The notes beneath the pieces were generated by a model. It was not told the DNA's origin. It saw nothing but the letters and a program-made list of their open reading frames with translations, and did no database searches. Shown piece after piece: positions 49,565 through 58,903 of a DNA stretch of 64,000 nucleotides. Numbering within the stretch: position 1 is the first letter of the stretch; each line of letters begins with the position of its first letter. Source of the DNA: an uncultured Chloroflexota bacterium. Lineage in GTDB: Bacteria > Chloroflexota > UBA11872 > VXNJ01. Made by a program: the position numbers and the translations under genes. The stretch is from the NCBI GenBank assembly GCA_964496475.1, contig CAZBZS010000009.1:64-64063 (forward strand), written 5' to 3'.

Positions 49565-49817
49565 AGCGAACTCAGTCCGAGCCTAGACCCGCGCCGCCAG
49601 GAACTCGTAGCCGGGCCGCACGCAGTCGCCGCAAGGTGTTCTCGAAATCCGGCACGGTCTGCAAATGTTCGTTCGCCGAGTACAACTGCACCGCGATCGC
49701 CGGTCGATCCTTCGCCATCCTGATCTCCGTTCGAATATCCCGCGCAACTCAATCCGACCCTCAGGCTACTGGATGCCGTGCCGTCGTTCGTCTGGATTCG
49801 GATAGCATTCGCCTCCC
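49565..49817 (-). ncRNA. rib operon leader; weak candidate for a divergent FMN riboswitch
   Basis: This is the 253-nt 5' leader of ribD on the minus strand. The minus-strand sequence contains GGUCGGAUUGAGUU and CAGGAUGGCGAAGGAUC, which resemble the conserved GGUGGAUUCAGUU and CUGGAUGGGAGAAGGAU 3'-half motifs of the FMN (RFN) element. The 5' GGGUGAAAUUCCC core was not found. Confidence 0.25.
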
Positions 49818-50429
49818 ATGAAGGTCCTAGGCATCACCGGCAACATCGCCGCCGGCAAATCCCTCGCCGCCTCGATGCTCGCTGAGCGCGGCGCCCATGT
49901 CATCGATGCCGACGCGGTGGTGCATAAGCTTTACCATCGTGGCACACGCGTTTTCGAGGCAGTCACCGCCCGCTTCGGCGAGTCGGTCGCCGGCGCTGAG
50001 GCCATCGACCGCGCGGAACTGGCCTCGATTGTGTTCGCTGACCGCGAAGCGATGCTTGAGCTAGAAAGCATCGTCCATCCGGCGGTCGGGGAGGCGATTC
50101 GGGAGCGGCTCGAAACCCGGCCTCCGGCTACGCCTGCAGTCATCGAAGCCATCCGCCTGGTCGAGGGGGTCAGCGCCGATTTGATCGACGAGCTCTGGAT
50201 CGTCACCGCGCTACGGGACGAGCAGATCTCCCGGTTGGCCGAACAGCGGGGGCTCGATCGCGCCGGCGCCGAGAAGCGCCTGGACGCCCAGAGCGATCCC
50301 GCCGCGAAGGAGCGGGCCTTCAAGGAGCGTCGCCCGGGGGTCCCGGTCCGCTACCTGGCCAACCCGGGCTCCGTGGAAGAGTTACGGGCTGGCGTCGAAC
50401 TTGCGTGGGAAGCATTCCTCGGGACCTAG
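49818..50429 (+). CDS. coaE: dephospho-CoA kinase
   Basis: MKVLGITGNIAAGKS P-loop, full length. Confidence 0.9.
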   Translation: MKVLGITGNIAAGKSLAASMLAERGAHVIDADAVVHKLYHRGTRVFEAVTARFGESVAGAEAIDRAELASIVFADREAMLELESIVHPAVGEAIRERLETRPPATPAVIEAIRLVEGVSADLIDELWIVTALRDEQISRLAEQRGLDRAGAEKRLDAQSDPAAKERAFKERRPGVPVRYLANPGSVEELRAGVELAWEAFLGT

Positions 50430-50510
50430 CTGCATAAGGCAGCTTTGTTTCTGATTGGTTGATGCGCTGTCATTCGGCAGCACTGTTTGGGACATCAGCC
50501 TCGCGGGGGC

Positions 50511-51977
50511 CTAGCCAGTCAACTGATCCCATACTCGTTCCACGGCGGCCGAGTCTGTGCCCACCACCAGGTAGATGTCGTCACCATCGCGAAATAGCCG
50601 GGCGGCGCGAAAGTCCTTCTCCCAGGTGACCAGGTCGCCCGCCGCGAGCGTGCGCCCTGGCTCGGCCTGGAATGGGTCCAGCCAGTTTTCCTGCAGGAAG
50701 AACGTGGCGTTGTCCCAGAACAGATCGGCGGCCGGCGGGTCCCAGCGCATCTTCAAGATCAGCAAGTTGTCCATGCCGTTCTCGTAGATCACGTACTCGT
50801 CCCCGCCCCATCCATCGGCCAGCAGATTTCCGGGCACGAATCCGCCGAAAAGGAGATCGAGGAAGAAGGCGCCCATCACGTTGCGCCGCTGTTCCCGCCA
50901 GCCCAACATCGCCGACTCGCTAAGATCCGGTACCTCTACGTCCTGCGGCAGCTCGCCAGTCAGGTACTTGTCCGGATAGAGGATTTGTTCCGTCGAGACC
51001 GGCAGATCGGCGTAGGCGGCATCGACCCGCTCCCAGCCGCCGACCTGGATCAGGCGCTCGACGAAGGCCTGCCCGGCGGTATACGAGAAACCTAACAGAT
51101 CCTCCAGAAACATTCGCGCCCGGCTCGGGACCGAGCTCGGAGTCCGGGCCGGCGTCATCTGGAACTCGGTCAATTCCTCCTGGGTCACCACCTGGAGAAA
51201 CGCGACCACGCCGGCCACGGTCGCGTCGCCTTCGACGAGCGCGGTGAAGGCCTTGGACGCGTCCACGTTGTGGTTACCGATGGCCTCGTCGATGGCTCCG
51301 AGGTCAAAGACGGCGTCCTGCAGCGCATGGACGTATTCGTGGGTCAAAACATATTTCAGCATCCCGAGGCCGGCATCGCCCTCGCCGATTACGAACATCG
51401 TCTTTTCATCCTGGTTGTAGAGCCCCAGCACGTCCTCGCCGAGCAATTCGAGCTGAACTTCCAGGATGTCCTCGCCCGGCGCCAGAATCCCCAGAAGGCT
51501 CCACTCGATGTTGTCCATCGCCTGTTCCTCTGGCGGGTAATCCTCCAGGATGACCTCAAGCAGGTAGGCGGCGAGCTCTTCGCGATTTAGCAGGCCGGGC
51601 TCGATGTCCACCGCCGGCAGGCTGCGAATCGCCGACACCACCGGCGCGGCCTCCGCCAGCACAGCCGTCGCCGACGATCCATTCTGATTCGGTTCCGCTG
51701 GGGGTTCGGTACTTCGCGGAGTGGAGACCGCTGTCGTGGCCGTCGCGGTCGCAACCGGGACCGGTTCCGCTGGTTCTGTCGGCGCTGCCTCAAGCAGGTC
51801 TTCCCGGGCCGTTTGCGCCGTTGGCGCAAACTCCAGAGGGACCACTGTCGCGACTGGTGCTGAATCCTCGGTAGTCCGGGATCCAGCGCAGCCGGCGAGC
51901 AAGACTGCCACGGCCGCCACCAGCGCCATCATCAGCAGCGACGGTAGCCGTCTCCGACCGATTGCAAACAAGGACAA
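50511..51977 (-). CDS. secreted lipoprotein with HExxH motif (putative zinc metallopeptidase-like), Pro/Thr/Ala-rich linker
   Basis: Signal peptide plus lipobox LLAGC, followed by a low-complexity linker and then LTHEYVHALQD. Confidence 0.6.
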   Translation of the reverse strand: MSLFAIGRRRLPSLLMMALVAAVAVLLAGCAGSRTTEDSAPVATVVPLEFAPTAQTAREDLLEAAPTEPAEPVPVATATATTAVSTPRSTEPPAEPNQNGSSATAVLAEAAPVVSAIRSLPAVDIEPGLLNREELAAYLLEVILEDYPPEEQAMDNIEWSLLGILAPGEDILEVQLELLGEDVLGLYNQDEKTMFVIGEGDAGLGMLKYVLTHEYVHALQDAVFDLGAIDEAIGNHNVDASKAFTALVEGDATVAGVVAFLQVVTQEELTEFQMTPARTPSSVPSRARMFLEDLLGFSYTAGQAFVERLIQVGGWERVDAAYADLPVSTEQILYPDKYLTGELPQDVEVPDLSESAMLGWREQRRNVMGAFFLDLLFGGFVPGNLLADGWGGDEYVIYENGMDNLLILKMRWDPPAADLFWDNATFFLQENWLDPFQAEPGRTLAAGDLVTWEKDFRAARLFRDGDDIYLVVGTDSAAVERVWDQLTG

Positions 51978-52070
51978 AGAATGGCTACCTTGTGGCGAAC
52001 TTCAGCCGCAAGCTTAGCTGACGCTTCGGCGGTCGTTTGTAGCCAATCCAACCATCCCCGGGAGCCGTCG

Positions 52071-53189
52071 ATGAAGATTCAGGCGCTCAACGTCCACCAT
52101 CTCACCTGCGAACTCGAGCACACCGCCTGGAACTCGGTTACGGCCCATCCCACCCGGCCGGCGCTGGTGGTCGAAGTCGTCACTGTCGACGGAGTCTCGG
52201 GTTGGGGCTCGGCCGCTGGCGGCGCTCGCGGGGGTGAAAACCGGCTGGCAGCCGCCACCGAACTGCTGCCTGGAAAAGATCTGCGCGACTGGGGCATTCT
52301 GCTGGCCGGTCTCACGCCGGTCCACGGACGCGGCCGCAACGTGGTAGCCGCCATCGAGACCGCTCTGCTCGATGCCCTTGGCCGATCTCTGGACATTTCC
52401 GTGGCTGGAATGTTGGGCCTCCAGCGCCGCCGGGTACCCGCCTACGCCTCCGGCGGCTATTACTACGATCACCTGCCCGACCGCCGCGATCTATTACGGC
52501 TGGAAGTCGCCGATGCCCGCGCGCGCGGCTTCCGCTACTACAAGATGAAGATCGGGCGGGTCGCCCCGGAGCAGGATCTCGAAGACGTGGTCGCCGTGCT
52601 TGAGGCCGCCGGGGACGCGATGCGCGTCGCCGTCGATCCCAACTGCGCGTACTCGTATCCGGTGGCCCTGGAAGTCGGCCGCGCCCTCGACGACCTCGGC
52701 GTGCTCTGGTACGAGGAGCCCCTGCCGAAGCGCCAACTGGATGCCTATCGCGAACTGCGCGGGAAGCTGGAGGTCCCGATCGCTGGCGGGGAAGGCTACG
52801 CCGATCTGGGCGAGTTCCAGCAGGCACTGGCGGCCCGGGCCATGGACATGGTGCAGCCCGACCTCAGCGGGGCCGGCGGATTCCACGCCTGCCTGGATGT
52901 GGCGGCGGTGGCCGCAGCGCACGGCGCCGCCTGCTTTCCGCACTGCTGGGCCGACTCGCTGCACATCATGGCCAGCGCCCACCTGCTCGCCGCGATGCCC
53001 GAGAGCCCGGGTATCGAGTTCGGCGCCCCACCGTTGCTGGAGTACGACGTGACCGAAAATCCGATTCGGATAGAGTTGCTAGGCGGAGAGCCGCCGGTCG
53101 ATGCCGACGGCTGTGTGGCCATCCCTGACGCGCCCGGGCTAGGCGTTGAGGTGAACCGCGAGGCGCTGATGAAGTTCGCCATCGCCTGA
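52071..53189 (+). CDS. enolase-superfamily enzyme (mandelate racemase / muconate lactonising enzyme family)
   Basis: KxK (YYKMKIG) and metal-ligand Asp/Glu motifs (VDPN…, LWYEEP). The start at ATG 52071 has a GGGAG ribosome binding site, and the track ORF extends upstream. Confidence 0.8.
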   Translation: MKIQALNVHHLTCELEHTAWNSVTAHPTRPALVVEVVTVDGVSGWGSAAGGARGGENRLAAATELLPGKDLRDWGILLAGLTPVHGRGRNVVAAIETALLDALGRSLDISVAGMLGLQRRRVPAYASGGYYYDHLPDRRDLLRLEVADARARGFRYYKMKIGRVAPEQDLEDVVAVLEAAGDAMRVAVDPNCAYSYPVALEVGRALDDLGVLWYEEPLPKRQLDAYRELRGKLEVPIAGGEGYADLGEFQQALAARAMDMVQPDLSGAGGFHACLDVAAVAAAHGAACFPHCWADSLHIMASAHLLAAMPESPGIEFGAPPLLEYDVTENPIRIELLGGEPPVDADGCVAIPDAPGLGVEVNREALMKFAIA

Positions 53190-53255
53190 ACGAAGGCCGG
53201 GTATCTGCTAACTCTCCCTTTCACGGCACCGGCGCGAGGGCACAGGGGATTCAGG

Positions 53256-54221
53256 CTGAAAGTCACCGAAGTCACGACCCACGTCATCAACTCCACCTAG
53301 CGCAACCTGGTGTTCGTCCGTGTCCACACCGACGCCGGCGTTATCGGCACCGGCGAGTGCACCCCGGCCTACGCCACCGGCGCGATGGGCACGGAAGCGG
53401 CGGCCCGCGAGATCGCCGCTTACCACCTGGTGGGCCGCGACCCGATGGACATCGAGGCGTTTTACGACCGCGCCTACCGCGATAGCTTCTGGGGTCGCAA
53501 TCTAGGCGTACTCTTCATGGGCGGGCTCAGCGGTCTGGAGCAGGCCTGCTGAGACATCATGGGCAAGGTGCTGGACGTTCCGGTCTGGCGGCTGCTTGGC
53601 GGCAAGTGCCGGGACAAAATCCGCCTGTACTCCAACGGCTGGTACATGGAGGCCCGCGCGAGCGGGGAGTTGCAGGGCTACGTTGACGCCGCTAAGAGGG
53701 TCGTTGACGACGGCTTCACCGCCATGAAGTTTGACCCCTTCATGGGTAACCCGACGCTCAACGACGCCATTCTGCCGAAGCACATCGACGCCTTCCGCGA
53801 CGGCCCCATCGTCGAGCGCGTGGCCGTCGTCCGCGAGGCGGTCGGACCGGACATCGACATCATCGTGGAAGTCCACGGCTGGTTCGACGTGGGCATCTGC
53901 GGCAGCATCGCTGAGATTCACAAGATCGCCGCCCATGCCGAGACCTATCACATCGGGATAGCCCCCCATAACTGCAACGGCCCGGTGGCCACGGCGGCCA
54001 GCGTTCACGCCGACTTCGCGACCTCCAACTTCGTCATCCAGGAGTGGTTCCCTTACGAGCTGCCCGAGCACTACGGCCTGGTGGATCATCCCTTCGTGCC
54101 GACCCACAAAGGCGGTTACCTGGACCTCCCGGAGCGACCCGGCCTGGGGGTCGAACTCACCGAGCTCGCGCTGTCCAAAAACACCTACAAAGCCCTCCGG
54201 GAGGCGCCCTCTTCCCAGTAG
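53256..54221 (+). pseudogene. enolase-superfamily dehydratase (galactonate/mannonate dehydratase-like) pseudogene: CTG at start position, in-frame TAG and TGA at conserved Trp sites
   Basis: A single frame reads LKVTEVTTHVINST*RNLVFVRVHTDAG…GLSGLEQAC*DIMGKVLDVPVWRLLGG… The TGA sits where homologs have the invariant W of ALWDI-GK, and the TAG sits at a probable W. An AGGGGA ribosome binding site precedes a CTG where M is expected. Confidence 0.6.
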
Positions 54222-54249
54222 TGCAAGAATAGGGGCCCATCCTTCTCAA

Positions 54250-55098
54250 ATGGCGGTAGCGGCTATGGCCCTGACGATCACTGAATTTCGCGCCCGGAAG
54301 GGCTCGGACGAAAAACTGGCGTTGCTAACCGCCTACGACGCTGCTGCTGCGCGGGCCGTCGAGGCGTCGGGAATCGACGCGATCCTGATCGGGGACAGCG
54401 TCGGCACCAACGTGCTGGGCTACGATTCGGTGGCCCAGGTGACGGTGCGGGACATCGTACATCACGCCCGGGCGGTGTCGCGGGGCGCCACCGATACCCT
54501 GCTGATCGCCGACCTGCCGTTCCTCAGCTACCAGGAATCCGACCGCCAGGCCCTGCGCAACACCCGGCGCTTGATCCAGCGCGGCCGGGTCCACGCGGTG
54601 AAGCTGGAAGGAGGTCGTGCCGTGGCGGACCGGGTTCACGCCATCTCCATGGCCGGAGTGCCGGTGATGGGCCACCTAGGGCTAACCCCGCAATCCGTGC
54701 ATCAACTAGGCGGCTTTCACGCGCAGGCTCGAGATTACGATTCGGCCCGGGGACTGCGGGGCGGCGCGCTGGGTCTGGAAAAAGCTGGGGCCTTCGCGGT
54801 CGTCCTAGAAACCATACCTCACGAACTGGCCAGGCTGGTGACGGAGCGACTCTCGATTCCGACAATCGGCATCGGGGCCGGGCCGGACTGCGACGGGGAA
54901 ATCCAGGTGCTGCACGACGTTGCCGGGTGGAATCCCGATTTCCTGCCGCGCCACTCGCGGCGCTTCGGAGACTCGGCGAAGGCCACGACCTACATCGTGG
55001 AGCAGTACATCGAAGCCATCCGCAACCGCAAGTTTCCGTCGACGAAGAACAGCTTCCAGATTGGGAAGAATGTGATGAAGCAGCTGGAGGAAGAGTAG
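54250..55098 (+). CDS. panB: 3-methyl-2-oxobutanoate hydroxymethyltransferase
   Basis: LTAYD…ILIGDSVGTNVLGYDS…ADLPFLSY core. Confidence 0.85.
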   Translation: MAVAAMALTITEFRARKGSDEKLALLTAYDAAAARAVEASGIDAILIGDSVGTNVLGYDSVAQVTVRDIVHHARAVSRGATDTLLIADLPFLSYQESDRQALRNTRRLIQRGRVHAVKLEGGRAVADRVHAISMAGVPVMGHLGLTPQSVHQLGGFHAQARDYDSARGLRGGALGLEKAGAFAVVLETIPHELARLVTERLSIPTIGIGAGPDCDGEIQVLHDVAGWNPDFLPRHSRRFGDSAKATTYIVEQYIEAIRNRKFPSTKNSFQIGKNVMKQLEEE

Positions 55099-55125
55099 GG
55101 AGGGGACTCCACCCGTTCTGGCGTG

Positions 55126-55170
55126 GACCGGGGCCGGTCTTGCGGCCCGCGAACTCTAGTATTTTTTTTG
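55126..55170 (+). terminator. candidate intrinsic terminator after panB
   Basis: A GGGCCG-gtcttg-CGGCCC hairpin is followed 12 nt later by a T8 tract. Confidence 0.4.
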
Positions 55171-55222
55171 TCACCCCATTTATGATGCCGTGGCCAACGT
55201 TCATCGCTGGGGGTAGCGAATC

Positions 55223-55852
55223 GTGACTGAAGACACCGCGGCCTCAGCGCCCAAATCCGACTATCCGGCCACGCTCTGGGCCGAGAAACCGGAGGCGCCA
55301 TCACGCTTGATGGCCGTGCTGCTGATCCTGTTGATCAAATTCATCCTGGCGGTGCCGCACGTGACCGTCTTGACGTTCTACTGGTTGGTGGCGCTCATCG
55401 TGGCTTGGATTGGCTACTGGGCCGTGCTGCTCACCGGCAACCTTCCGCCAGGATTCCACAGCTTCGTGCTCGGGTACCTGCGCTGGAACTGGCGGGTGAA
55501 CGCCTGGCTCTACGGCATTGCGGATGAGTACCCGCCTTTCGCCGCTGAGGCCGACTACCCGGCCGACGCCCGCTGTGCACTGCCGGAAGCGGGTAATCGA
55601 CTCCTAGCGGCGGCTCGCATCCTGAGCCCGATCATCGTGATTCTATTTATCCCCCACCTGATCGCGCTCTCGGTGATGGCGATCGTCGCGACGCTCGTGT
55701 TTCTTATCACCCCGTGGGCGGTGATTTTCACTGGTGGCTTCCCGCAGTTCGCTTTTGATATCCTTGTCGGCGTGGCCCGCTGGCAGCACCGGGTTGCCTG
55801 CTTCCAACTCGGCCTGGTCGAACAGTACCCACCCTTCAGCATGTCTGAATAG
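55223..55852 (+). CDS. DUF4389-type membrane protein (two internal repeats)
   Basis: Two repeats of PHxxxL…W…LxTGxxP…RWxxRVxAxxxGLxxxYPPF. Confidence 0.6.
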   Translation: MTEDTAASAPKSDYPATLWAEKPEAPSRLMAVLLILLIKFILAVPHVTVLTFYWLVALIVAWIGYWAVLLTGNLPPGFHSFVLGYLRWNWRVNAWLYGIADEYPPFAAEADYPADARCALPEAGNRLLAAARILSPIIVILFIPHLIALSVMAIVATLVFLITPWAVIFTGGFPQFAFDILVGVARWQHRVACFQLGLVEQYPPFSMSE

Positions 55853-55936
55853 CTCCGTCTCCGTAAGATGGCAAGAGCCCCGGGGAAGCGAGCTTCCCCG
55901 GGCCCCTTAACTTCCAGGTTTTGAACGGTCTCCGCG

Positions 55937-56683
55937 TTACCCGAGTGTCAGGCCGCCGTCCATGATAAGGGTCTGACCGGTCACCACTTCGGATTCGATC
56001 AGGAACACGGCCGCGTGGGCGATCGACTCGGGCGAGCAGGCCTTCTTGATCAGTGTCTTTTCGATGTAGCCACTTACGAAATCGTCCTTTCCCTCCACCC
56101 AGCGGGTCAGGATCACGCCGGGCGCCAAGGCGTTCACCCGCACTTCCGGCGCGAACGCTCGCGCCAGCGACTGGGTCAGGGTGATCAGCGCTCCTTTCGA
56201 GGCGGCGTAGGCGATGGAACTTCCCGATCCGGTGACTCCCGCCACCGAGGAGATATTTACTATCGCCGCCCCGTCCGATTTCTTCAGGTGTGGCATCGCC
56301 GCCGCCGCCACGTAGAAGGGCGCCTTCAGGTTTACCTGCAGGATCTCGTCCCACTTGTCCGAGGTCATGCCGTCTAGGTCGGTATGGGCCACGAAGTGGG
56401 TAATGCCGGCGTTATTTACCAGCACGTCCAGTCGGCCCAATTCGGCCACCGTGTGCTTGACGAGCGCCGCGCTCGCTTCCCGGTCGCCGACGTTTGCCTG
56501 GTAAATCGTCGTCGGGACGCCCAGCGCCTTCACCCTGGCCAGCGTGTCTTCGGCCTCGGCGCGGGAACGCGAGTAGTTGATACAGACGCCCGCGCCGCGT
56601 TCAGCCAGAGCCAGCGCGATGGCCGCGCCAGCGCCGGTGGCGGAGCCGGTAATCAGGCCGACACGTCCTTCCAAGTCAATCAT
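55937..56683 (-). CDS. SDR family oxidoreductase (FabG-like)
   Basis: TGSATGAG Rossmann motif, NNAG, and the YAASK catalytic dyad. Confidence 0.85.
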   Translation of the reverse strand: MIDLEGRVGLITGSATGAGAAIALALAERGAGVCINYSRSRAEAEDTLARVKALGVPTTIYQANVGDREASAALVKHTVAELGRLDVLVNNAGITHFVAHTDLDGMTSDKWDEILQVNLKAPFYVAAAAMPHLKKSDGAAIVNISSVAGVTGSGSSIAYAASKGALITLTQSLARAFAPEVRVNALAPGVILTRWVEGKDDFVSGYIEKTLIKKACSPESIAHAAVFLIESEVVTGQTLIMDGGLTLG

Positions 56684-56867
56684 CGCGTTCTCCCCGGCGG
56701 TGTTGTCCGGGCGGCTCGCGCCCCATCAAACAGGACCACCGACCGCCCTTAATTGCTGGACCGTTCAGTCAGGTTATAGACTAGTGCGCGCGATAACACG
56801 GGAAAAACCGGTCCAGGGACCGAAGCAATCTAGATTGGACGGGTGGCCGTCCGCAGGAGGTGGGCTG

Positions 56868-58760
56868 ATGTCTAACGGTTTCATGGGCAAGATCCTGAAC
56901 GTGGATCTGAGCGCGGGCGCTCTGTCGGACGAGGTGATCGCGGACGATATTCTTCGCGATTACGTCGGGGGCTACGGCCTGGCCGCGCGCCTTCTGTACG
57001 AGCGTATGCCGGCCGGGGTGGACGCGATGGGTCCTGAGAATTTGCTTGCGTTCTTCACCGGCCCGCTGACCGGCAGCCCGAGCATCGAGGGCAACCGCTT
57101 CGTGGTGTGCTGCAAGTCGCCGCTGACGGGCGGCTGGGGTGACGCCAATTGTGGCGGCACGTTCGGTCCGGCCATGAAGGGCGCCGGCTACGACGGCATA
57201 ATTTTCTCCGGCGTCTCCGAGAAGCCGGTCTACCTGCTGCTAGATGACGGCGAGCCGAGCCTGCACGAAGCCGGCGATCTCTGGGGACAGGACTCCAACG
57301 AAGCCGAGGAGGCGTTGCAGAAGGAGTACGGCGGCGACGGGCGTATCAGCAAGGCCCAGGTGGCCGTGATAGGTCAGGCGGGGGAAAATCTTTCTTTCAT
57401 CGCCAGCATCATGAACGACTACGGACGGGCGGCCGGGCGCTCCGGGGTCGGCGCGGTGATGGGGTCGAAGAGGATCAAGGCGATCGTCGCCCGCGGCAAC
57501 CAGAAACTCCCGATGGCCGATAGTGCGGCTGCGGCGGAAACCCGTCGCCGCTACCTGCCCACTGGAAAAGAACTTTCCGCCGAAGGTAAGGGCGCACACG
57601 ACAGTTTCGTTGACTACGGCACGATCGGCATCACCGGAGAGTCGTCCTATTCGGGCGACTCTCCCATCAAGAACTGGGGCGGTCAGAGCAACGTTGACTT
57701 CAAAGAAGGCCGGGACGCCTTTGAGAAGGACATGCTCATCGACGACTACCAGGACCGCAAATACGGTTGCTGGCGTTGCACCATGGCGTGCGGCGGCCAC
57801 ATGAGCGTCAAAGAGGGGCAGTTCGCCGGCACCAAGCACCACAAGGTCGAGTACGAGACGGCGGCGGCTTTCGGGACGATGAACCTGATGTCGTCGTTCC
57901 CGCACCTGGTCAAGATCAACGAGATGTGCAATCGCTACGGATTCGACACGATCTCCGCCGGCGTTACCACCGCGTTCGCGGTGGAGTGCTTTGAAAACGG
58001 GATTCTCACCACCGAAGACACGGACGGGCTGACGCTTGCCTGGGGTGAAGGCGATGCTCTACTGACGTTGCTGGAAATGATGGCGTACCGCAGGGGCATC
58101 GGCGACATCCTGGCCGACGGGGTGAAGGTCGCGGCGGAGAAAATTGGCAAGGGCTCCGAACAGTACGCGATGCACATCGGCGGCGAAGAAGTGCCGATGC
58201 ATGACCCCAAGTTCGAGCCCGGCCTGGCGCCGACGTACAAGCTGGATGCCACCCCCGCCCGCCACACCCAGGGCGGCGAGTTGGTGCCCCCGCCGGACGT
58301 CGACCCGCCCGAAGGCTACGATAAGTACCAGTACGATTCCCAGGCCGACTGGCACAAGTACCTGGTGGACGCGGTGCATGTGGTCAATTCGGCCGGGGTG
58401 GGCCTGTTCGCCTGGGCCTCGTACCCGCACACGTTCATCCCCGACTTCATGGAGGCCATCTGCGGACACACCGGCTCGACGGAGGAGATGCTAAAAGCGG
58501 GTGAGCGGATAGCCCAGATACGGCACGCGTTTAACTTGCGTGAAGGCATCAATCCGGTGGAAATCGAAATACCCGGTCGCATAATCGGCGACCCGGCTCA
58601 GACCGATGGCAACCTGAGGGGCGTTACGGTCGATATCGACATGCAGACGGAGAAATTCTGCGAGGCGATGGGCTGGGACGAGAAGAGCGCCGTGCCCAGC
58701 CGTGACCGACTGGAGAGCGTCGGCGGGCTGCAGCCGGTGATCGCGACGATTTACGGATAG
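56868..58760 (+). CDS. aldehyde:ferredoxin oxidoreductase family (tungsten/molybdopterin, AOR)
   Basis: MSNGFMGKILNVDLS… AOR N-terminus with Cys ligands for the [4Fe-4S] cluster. The ATG at 56868 has a GGAGG ribosome binding site, and the track ORF extension from 56577 overlaps the SDR gene. Confidence 0.8.
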   Translation: MSNGFMGKILNVDLSAGALSDEVIADDILRDYVGGYGLAARLLYERMPAGVDAMGPENLLAFFTGPLTGSPSIEGNRFVVCCKSPLTGGWGDANCGGTFGPAMKGAGYDGIIFSGVSEKPVYLLLDDGEPSLHEAGDLWGQDSNEAEEALQKEYGGDGRISKAQVAVIGQAGENLSFIASIMNDYGRAAGRSGVGAVMGSKRIKAIVARGNQKLPMADSAAAAETRRRYLPTGKELSAEGKGAHDSFVDYGTIGITGESSYSGDSPIKNWGGQSNVDFKEGRDAFEKDMLIDDYQDRKYGCWRCTMACGGHMSVKEGQFAGTKHHKVEYETAAAFGTMNLMSSFPHLVKINEMCNRYGFDTISAGVTTAFAVECFENGILTTEDTDGLTLAWGEGDALLTLLEMMAYRRGIGDILADGVKVAAEKIGKGSEQYAMHIGGEEVPMHDPKFEPGLAPTYKLDATPARHTQGGELVPPPDVDPPEGYDKYQYDSQADWHKYLVDAVHVVNSAGVGLFAWASYPHTFIPDFMEAICGHTGSTEEMLKAGERIAQIRHAFNLREGINPVEIEIPGRIIGDPAQTDGNLRGVTVDIDMQTEKFCEAMGWDEKSAVPSRDRLESVGGLQPVIATIYG

Positions 58761-58817
58761 GTCGCGCAGGGACTTTCGCCGGGCGTTGACCGCCCGAGGA
58801 AACTGCTGACACGCAAA

Positions 58818-58856
58818 AGAGCGGCGGGCCAGACGGCCCGCCGCTCTGTATTTGCT
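58818..58856. terminator. bidirectional intrinsic terminator between convergent AOR and moeB
   Basis: A perfect 13-bp stem AGAGCGGCGGGCC-agac-GGCCCGCCGCTCT is flanked by CAAAAG on the plus side and GTATTTG downstream, giving T-rich tails on both strands. Confidence 0.6.
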
Positions 58857-58903
58857 GGTAACCGAGTATCAACCTGTAAGGCGAGAATCCGCGAAGCGGC
58901 CGG

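Noticed and set aside
53298-53553. TGA or TAG recoding (selenocysteine or stop-codon reassignment) in the enolase-family gene
   Set aside because: Both codons terminate many intact genes in this window, and both sit at Trp positions one transition away from TGG. Mutation is the simpler explanation.
56577-56867. N-terminal 97-aa extension of the AOR ORF
   Set aside because: It overlaps the SDR gene on the other strand and lacks AOR similarity. The ATG at 56868 has a GGAGG ribosome binding site and the family N-terminus begins there.
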